From: Geosiphon pyriformis uo1
Lineage: Eukaryota; Fungi; Glomeromycota
Reading direction: 5' to 3'
DNA length: 63,721 nt
Assembly: GCA_016748015.1 (NCBI GenBank)
Contig: JAAOMT010000283.1
Location: 1 to 63,721 of the forward strand
Shown here: positions 56,501 through 63,721 of the stretch, piece by piece
Layout: every line of letters starts with the position of its first letter
How positions within the stretch are numbered: position 1 is the first letter of the stretch
Program-made: the position numbers and the translations under genes
Notes under the pieces: model-generated
The model's input: only the letters and a program-made list of their open reading frames with translations
What the model was told of the DNA's origin: nothing
Databases searched by the model: none

Positions 56501-58434
56501 GCTCTGGTATTGTTTCATCTGTTGGCTGCAATGGTTTTTTTCACATTGTTAAGCCATACTTAGACATTATCCTTTTTGCCGATAAATTTTTCTATTTTGG
56601 CAATTAAAGCATAAGTTATTGGTTGTTGCTGTAGTGGTTGTTGAAGTGATTGTTGTGGTTGTTGTTGAGGTGGTACTTGTGGCTGTTGAATTGGTTTGGC
56701 AATTGGTTCAATTGGTGGCTAATTGATTATGATTGTTGGAGGTAAGTGTTGTTAATTAATTATGTTAGGATTTAAATTGTTCTGATTTCTCTAAGTTCGA
56801 ATATTCAGAGTTTTAATTTTCAGGTTTTCTGAAATTGGGTTTTGATAATTAAATTCTCAATTTTCATCTTCTTTTTCTTCTGATTCCATCACTTCTCAAG
56901 AACTCATAACTTCGAAATCTGGTTGAGGTGGTAGTAATTGAAATCTTAATGGCATTGGTGATCACAATTTAAATTCTTCAAAATAATTGTCATAGGTTCC
57001 TAACAACTCTGCTTTCTTTTGTTTACTTTGAAATAGAAGTTGGACTAATAATGATTTTGCATTTGAGATAGACATGTCTGGTAATGAAATGTTGATGGCA
57101 TTTTTAAGTGTATAATGATATAATAGATTGGTTGGTAATTCTACTCTTGTTTTTTTCCAAGTAAATGGTTGTATTTTTTGAGATGTTACTGCTGGTGTTT
57201 GTAATTTTTCTTTGTCTTTGTTTGGATAAGTAATTGAATATTTTTGTTGGGTGTGAATTTCAATTTCTCTGTTGATTTCAGTAAAGATTGCTGTGAAATT
57301 ATGATTGGCTGGTAGGCTGGTATTTTGAATTAATTCATTGTAAAAATTTTCTTTTGCTGAATTGGTTTTTATTAATACTTCTAACAAATATGAGATTCTC
57401 TTATTAATATAGAAATTAAAGACTAATTCTGCTAATAAGTGGTTATTGGTTAATCTTAAATGTTGACAGTAGTGTTAAAATAAGGATTTGGCAAATTCTA
57501 AATGGTTTGTCTGGTTCTGCTACTTTTGGATGATTGTTGTAGGTGCTGGTTCTCTGTAAAATTATACTTCACAAAGAGCACCAAATGTTACAGATGATTA
57601 TTTGGAGTCTCAAATCAAATAACAAACCTGTAACTTGGTGCTCAATAACTAATATAGTTGATGATATTTGAAGGTTTTAATGATCTGAAGGTTTTGGATT
57701 GGAGTTTTTTATATAATGGACAGAAATTCAGTTGTTGTTTCAATAGTCTTTCAGAATCACAATTTCATCAAATTTTTTTCTTAATGTGATGACCAGTAAT
57801 CTGACAGCAATACTCTTTTAATAAGCTATTCTTAAATTCTTAAACTTTATACCCTTCTTTTGGAATCTTTTACCAGGCTATTCTTGATGTTAATTATTCA
57901 GTACTTAATCTTTTAATTAATTAGTAAACAACAAAAAATAATAAAAAAAATAAAAAAAAATAAAAGAGAATAAAGAAATAAGCCAAAGCAATAAATATTA
58001 GTATTCTGTCAATAGCCATGATTAAGAGCTATTGTTCTAGCATGATTAAGTATCAGTTATTATTAACATAAAATGTTAAGAGTGAAGAATGAATTGATAT
58101 AGCAAATAATTATTTATTGATATTTGTAATGGAAAGGTTGTTTAGATAAAAATCTAAACTGAAAAATCTGTCTTTTCTATTTTTAACACTACCACTATAT
58201 ATACATAATTGAGATTTCTTAATTTCTTAATTTTTTACACCAGGAATCCTGAAATTTCTGAAATTCTGCAATTCCTTTGAGAAGATTTTGGAATTTTGAA
58301 ATCCTGTAATTCCTCATATTAAAATTCTGAAATTCCTGGAATCTTGCAATTCCTTTAAGAGAAATTCTGGAATTCCACATTTACTATATCTACTTTATAT
58401 ATTAATATACTTCTTATATATTCTATGAATAATA
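53521..58434 (-). mobile_element. Element F: 5' half of a family-A element (5' LTR 57586-58434, PBS, gag, PR, Cys-rich, partial dUTPase)
   Basis: Minus ORFs 56962..57387, 55993..56307, 55167..55421 and 53545..54081. LTR is A1-like. Truncated in dUTPase motif IV and fused to D. Confidence 0.88.
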
Positions 58435-61400
58435 CTGTGAATTCGAATTCACTAATTCTTTTAGCTATAATCCTTAATTTTTCCCTGTTTCCTATTGATA
58501 CTAATTGAGCTATTTTAACCAGAAGCAGAAATATTGCCTGTGCTATTTTTTTATTTGGCTCTATAATATAGGCCTTTTTTGAATCATTTTGTAGCATTGC
58601 AATAATATTTTCCACATATTCTGTATTAATTATTCCTTTTTTAATATTAATTTCTTTTTTCATTAAGCTATTCCTAAATACTAGTTGAACTATTGTTATT
58701 GCTAGAATTTTTAAGGCTATTTTCAGATCAATATATGTGCACAAATATGGTTCCAATTTTATGGCTTTTTTTCCTGGATATCTCAAATTAAACTTTGCAT
58801 TAGTATTATGCATATATTTAAGCATAATATCTTCATTATTATTACTGAATCATTTAAGTTCTTAGTGAAATCAGAAAGTACAATATATTATTCTGGGTTT
58901 GAATTAGAGTCCAAATTGTTGTTATTTTCATTGCCATTTTAAATGGAGCTGGAACCATTGTTTTTGTTATCATTATTGTTAAAGTTTGAATTGGGATTAA
59001 ATGTTGATTCTAATTCTAATGTACAGCTGCTGATTGGTTCTTTTTCTTCTGGAATCATGTAGATTATGCATGATGGTGGATTGTAAATAAGATCACACTT
59101 ATTACAATATTGAAAGTTACATGAAATCAAACAGTGATCACATAGTCAAATGTTGATTTCTTTCAAGTATTGTTTCTGCTCTTCTTTTGTAGGTGCTAAG
59201 TTTTGGTAGTGTTTATGGAATTTTTTTGGGCCAGTTTTTATATCAATGAAAGCATTGGGGTTGGGGATAAGAACAATGTCAACTGGTTCTAAAGAATTGT
59301 TTTTTATTTCCAATATTTTGTTGATCATAGTACCTTTAACTTTGGCAATGACCATTTTTCAAATTTTGTTTTTGTCGTGTGAGTAACTGTCTAAGCAAGA
59401 GATTGCTTAATGCCAGGTAACAGTTATGAGTATTTTATAACTCACCCAGTTACTTATAAGGATGATATACTAATACAAAGTGTCATATGTTTCTTTTCAG
59501 CCAGGAATGTTATTCTATATTTTTTCATCAAGTAGTTGTTCGCTGCAAGCAAGACATGGTTCATTGTTCCACTTGTCTTGGCATTTTTGAATAACCATAG
59601 CATTTATAGTAATATGGTTTACAGTAGTAATGAATTTACATTTAGTAATCTTTGTTGAATACAACCCAAACTTTTATAAAAGACAGTTTTTTTTTGCAGT
59701 TTTTACATTATAGAAGTATATAAGGTGGTTCTGGTCTATTGTTGATTGAGTATGATCTTTTCCAACTGCTGTTTATTTTTTCAGTGGCTGTTGTTTCTTC
59801 AGGTATGTTTTCTTCCTTTTCCTTTTTTTTGTCATCCTAAGAGAATATCAATAGTAGTTTGTTGTGATTATTGTTGGTCTATAAAACTTAATAGGCTTTT
59901 TAAATAGGTTTTTTTTCTTTATTATTAAACTTGATGAGTAATGTTAATGTGTTGGTGGTCTTGAAGTAATCACACATTGCTGGTACTCACATGTGTTGCC
60001 CATTTTAACTAAGTTAGAGTTTTTGAATGGTCCAATTAAGAACAGCATTAGTTTTTAAGAGCCAGTTATTTCCCATTAGTGCTTGGTACTGGGTGGCTTC
60101 TATCATTAAAACTTTGATGGAAGTAATAATATTATTGACTTTGAATGAGAAGTCATTGATTTCACTTATTGAAGTTTTTGTAGTTCCATCAGCCATAATA
60201 ATTCTAGTGCTGACAGCACAATTAACTTGGTAACCTAATTGGTCCATAAGTTGTTAGGTTATGATACTGCTTGTTGACCCACTATTAAAGATGAGTTTTA
60301 TAGATTAGTTATTGACTTTGGTATTAGTATACATAACAGTAATGGGTTTAGTGTTAAGAGCAGCTCCACTAAATAATGGAACTGATGTGGTTTTCTCAAG
60401 CTTAAAAGAGAATATAGTGACAAGTGTTTTGTCTTCAGTACTGGTTGCTGGTGAAATATTGCTGATAAGTGGTTGCTGTGGATTGAGTTCTGGGTTGTTG
60501 AGTTGAGTATCTTCTGAAATCACCAGGAGACTTAAATAATTCTGGATATTTGGGTTTTAAGAATAACCAGTTTCTAAACTCCACTGTCATAATCCTAATG
60601 GTTGGTTGGAAGAACTGGGAATTGGTTGATGGACAACTATTACTAATTTCCAGTTTTGGGTAACCCTTGATCTGGAATTTCTTGTTGTTATCTGAGCTGA
60701 GTTTAGTGGTAATATTAAAATTGCTGATGTCTGATAAATTATTTGTGACTGTAGTAGTTAATAAATAATAAGTGTTTCCAGTTAATAAACTGGAATTTGA
60801 TAAATTGGCTGCATTATCTAAGGGTAATGAGCTGATATTAGTATTGTTTGTGTAATGAATTGTTAGCATAGTTTGCAATTTGAAATCTGTGATCAGGGTT
60901 TTGGTATTAATTTTCTGATTGTGGATTACTATAAAATCAGCAGTTGGCTCTTAGATAACCTAATTTACCATAGTTGTAGTATATACATATTTTTTGTTGT
61001 CATAGCTGATTGGATGATAATAAGGAATATAACTGATTTTGGAAACAATTCATGTTTTCTAGATTATTGCATTATTGTGGAGGTTGATAAATTGCTTAAT
61101 TGTTAGTTAAGTATCTCTTAATTTTCTGGTTGATGAAATCACTAAATTGTTTCAATTTGGAATTCAAGTCAGATAATCTGTTTATTACTAGATTGATGGC
61201 TTGGGCATAGTTAGCTTTGAGTTTAGCTGCTTCAAAATCTTTGGCATAAGTAACTGCTGCTTGAAAATCTGCTAAGTGTAATGAACATATTAAAGAATAT
61301 TACTGTACAAGCCTCTAATAAATTAATTTAAAATTTGTGGCACTGTAAAATAATTGGCTTGTATTGCCTGAATTTGGCACAAATTTCTGTGAAAGCATCC

Positions 61401-63462
61401 TAAATAAATAGTAACTGCTTTAGTTTCTCCTTGCTTGATGGTGGTGAAAATATTGGCTAAGCAATTAATACTATTATTGTTGCTAAAATATTATAAGAAC
61501 TCAAGCTTAAATGTGTTGAAATCTTGGGGTTTGTTGGCCAAGCTTTGATATCATGAGTTAGCAGTATTCTGGAAAAAGTATGAGATGGCTTGGAGTGATC
61601 TGGCGTCATTTCATTCATTGGCTGCAATGGCTTTTTTCATATTATTTAGTCATACTTGTATGTCATTTTCTTTGCCAGTGAATTTTTTGATTTTGGTAAT
61701 TGGTACATATGCCATTGGTTGTTGTTATGATAGTTGTTAAAGTGGTTGTTGCAGTTGTTGTTAAGATAATATTTGTGGCTGTTGAATTGGTTCAGCAATT
61801 AATTCAATTGGTGGCTGATTAATTATGATTACTGAAAGTAAGTGTTGCTGATTAATGATGTTAGAATTTGGATTGTTCTAATTTTTTTGAGTTTGAATAT
61901 TTGAAGTTTTAACTTCTGGGTTTTCTACAATCAGGTTTTGGTAATTAAATTTCTGATTGTCATCTTTTTTTTCTTCCAATTCTGTTACTTTCTAAAGACT
62001 TATGGTTTTGAAATCTGGTTGAAGTGGCAGTAATCAAAATCCTGATAACATTGGCAATCAGAATTTAAATCTTTTAAAATACCTGCCATATATTCCTAAT
62101 AGATTGGCTTTTGATTGTTTACTTTAGAATCGTATTTAGACCACTGGTGTTTTCACATTTGATGTAGATGTGCCTGCTGATAAAATGTTTATGGCACTTT
62201 CAAGTGTATAGTAGTATAATAAATTGGTTGGTGATTCAAATTTTGTTTTCTTTCAAATGAGTGATTGTATTCTTTAAAGTGTTACTATTGGTATTTATAG
62301 TTTTTCTTTGCTTTTGTTTGCATAGGTAATTGGTTATCTTTGTTGAATGTGATTTTTAATTTTCTTATTGATTTCAGTGAAGATTGCCATGAAGTTATAA
62401 TTTACTGGTAAACTGGTATTTTGGATTAATTTGTTGTAAAAATTTCCTCTTGCTGAGTTAGTTTTTACTAGTACTCCTAACAAATATAAAATTTTTTTAT
62501 TGACATAGAAATTGAAAACTGATTTTGCTGATAAATAATTGTTGGTTAATTCCAAGTGTTGACAATGGTGTTGAAATAAAAATTTGGTGAATTCTAAATA
62601 GTTTGTCTCTATTTTTTCTGGTTCTGCTACTTTTGGATGATTGTGTGTTAGTGTTGGTTCTCTGTAGAATTATACCTTATAGGGAGCACCAAATATTACA
62701 AGTAATTATTTGGGATCTCAAATTAAATAACAAACTCATAACTTGGTGCTTAATAGTTGTTATTATTAGTAGTATCTAAAGGTTTTGTATCTGAAAGTTT
62801 GATTGAGTTCTTTGTATAATAAATAGAGATTTAAGGATTGTAATCCATAGCTTCCCAGAATTGCAATTCCATCAAATTTTTTTTTTCAGTGTAATGACTG
62901 GTAATTTTTCTGGTAAGCTATTCTCAATTAAGTATTCTATTCTTATTTTTGGGTTTTTTACCAATCACTTTAATGTTGATAACTCTGTGCATTGATTCTT
63001 AATCAATTAATAAACAACAAAATAAACCAAAAAAATTAAAAAAAATTAAAAAAATTAAGTCAAGACAAGTAACATTAGTATCTCATCAAAAGCCATGATC
63101 AAAAGCTATTATTCCAGCATAATTAAATATTTAATATTATCAACATGAAGTGTTGATAGTGAGAAGAGTGATTTAGATAATAATAATTATTTATTAATAT
63201 TGATAATTCTAATAAAGATGTAGTAATAAAAAGGTCTTTGTTTTTTTCTTCTGCTTTTAATGCTTTTGCTATATATACATAATTTAAATTCTATGAAATT
63301 GCTCACATTTCTAAGCAATGTGCTATAATTTTTTAAGCAATGTGCTTATGTGTTAACTACTATTCTCTTATTGGTCTATCTGTTTTTCTATAATTTTTTT
63401 ATAATTTTTATCTTTTTTTTTCTTTTTGTATATTATAAAATAAATTTATATAACCAGTAACA
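58435..63462 (-). mobile_element. Element G: 5' half of a family-A element (5' LTR ~62694-63462, PBS, gag, PR, Cys-rich, dUTPase), probably the 5' half of A0
   Basis: Minus ORFs 62334..62555, 60014..60247 and 58355..58825. LTR most similar to 9497-10265. Interrupted in dUTPase motif V by F. The outer LTR end is uncertain. Confidence 0.82.
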
Positions 63463-63721
63463 TAATTATATTATTTAATAATAATGTTTAAATCTGTAGT
63501 ATTATTAAATAATAATAGTTAAAAACAATTATAATAACTTAATTAAATATTAATTAATAACAAATATTATTATTAACAACAATATTTAAAAAACTTTTTA
63601 CAAATAAAAAAATTTTTAAAATTTCTAATTAAGTAATATTTAGTTAATAATATTAAAAAAATTGGTTTTTATAATGTAAACACAATTGGTAAAAATTAGA
63701 AATTGACTGAAATATTAAAAT

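Noticed and set aside
10381-58434. Orientation bias of nested insertions
   Set aside because: Four antisense versus three same-sense insertions is no signal.

Overview
This window is AT-rich eukaryotic, probably fungal, repeat DNA with no recognisable host gene. The protein style recalls Glomeromycota/Geosiphon-type TE expansions, which is an unverified impression. Positions 1-9496 hold three decayed LINE pieces (RT-RNase H 3' end with poly-A; ORF1 plus APE 5' part; an inverted ORF1 fragment), a ~2.4 kb extremely AT-rich block and an LTR stub. Positions 9497-~63462 are a ~54 kb nest of Ty3/Gypsy-like LTR elements (my labels). An old minus-strand element (A0 = 3' half, G = probable 5' half) contains A1(+), which contains the gag-only element B(-). 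A0 also contains D(-), which contains C1(+) (itself holding solo LTR E) and C2(+). G contains F(-). Five insertions show 4-bp TSDs and TGT...ACA-type ends. Three divergent families share an unusual layout. (1) One in-frame Gag-PR-[Cys-rich domain]-dUTPase-linker-RT-RNase H polyprotein. (2) Integrase as a separate downstream ORF with its own ATG. (3) A ~220-aa non-env ORF3 ending at the PPT. Families A and D also carry a U5 copy complementary to the LTR-end/PBS. All copies are eroded by C>T/G>A transitions. A Nextera/Tn5 adapter chimera at 45478-45746 is an assembly artefact.
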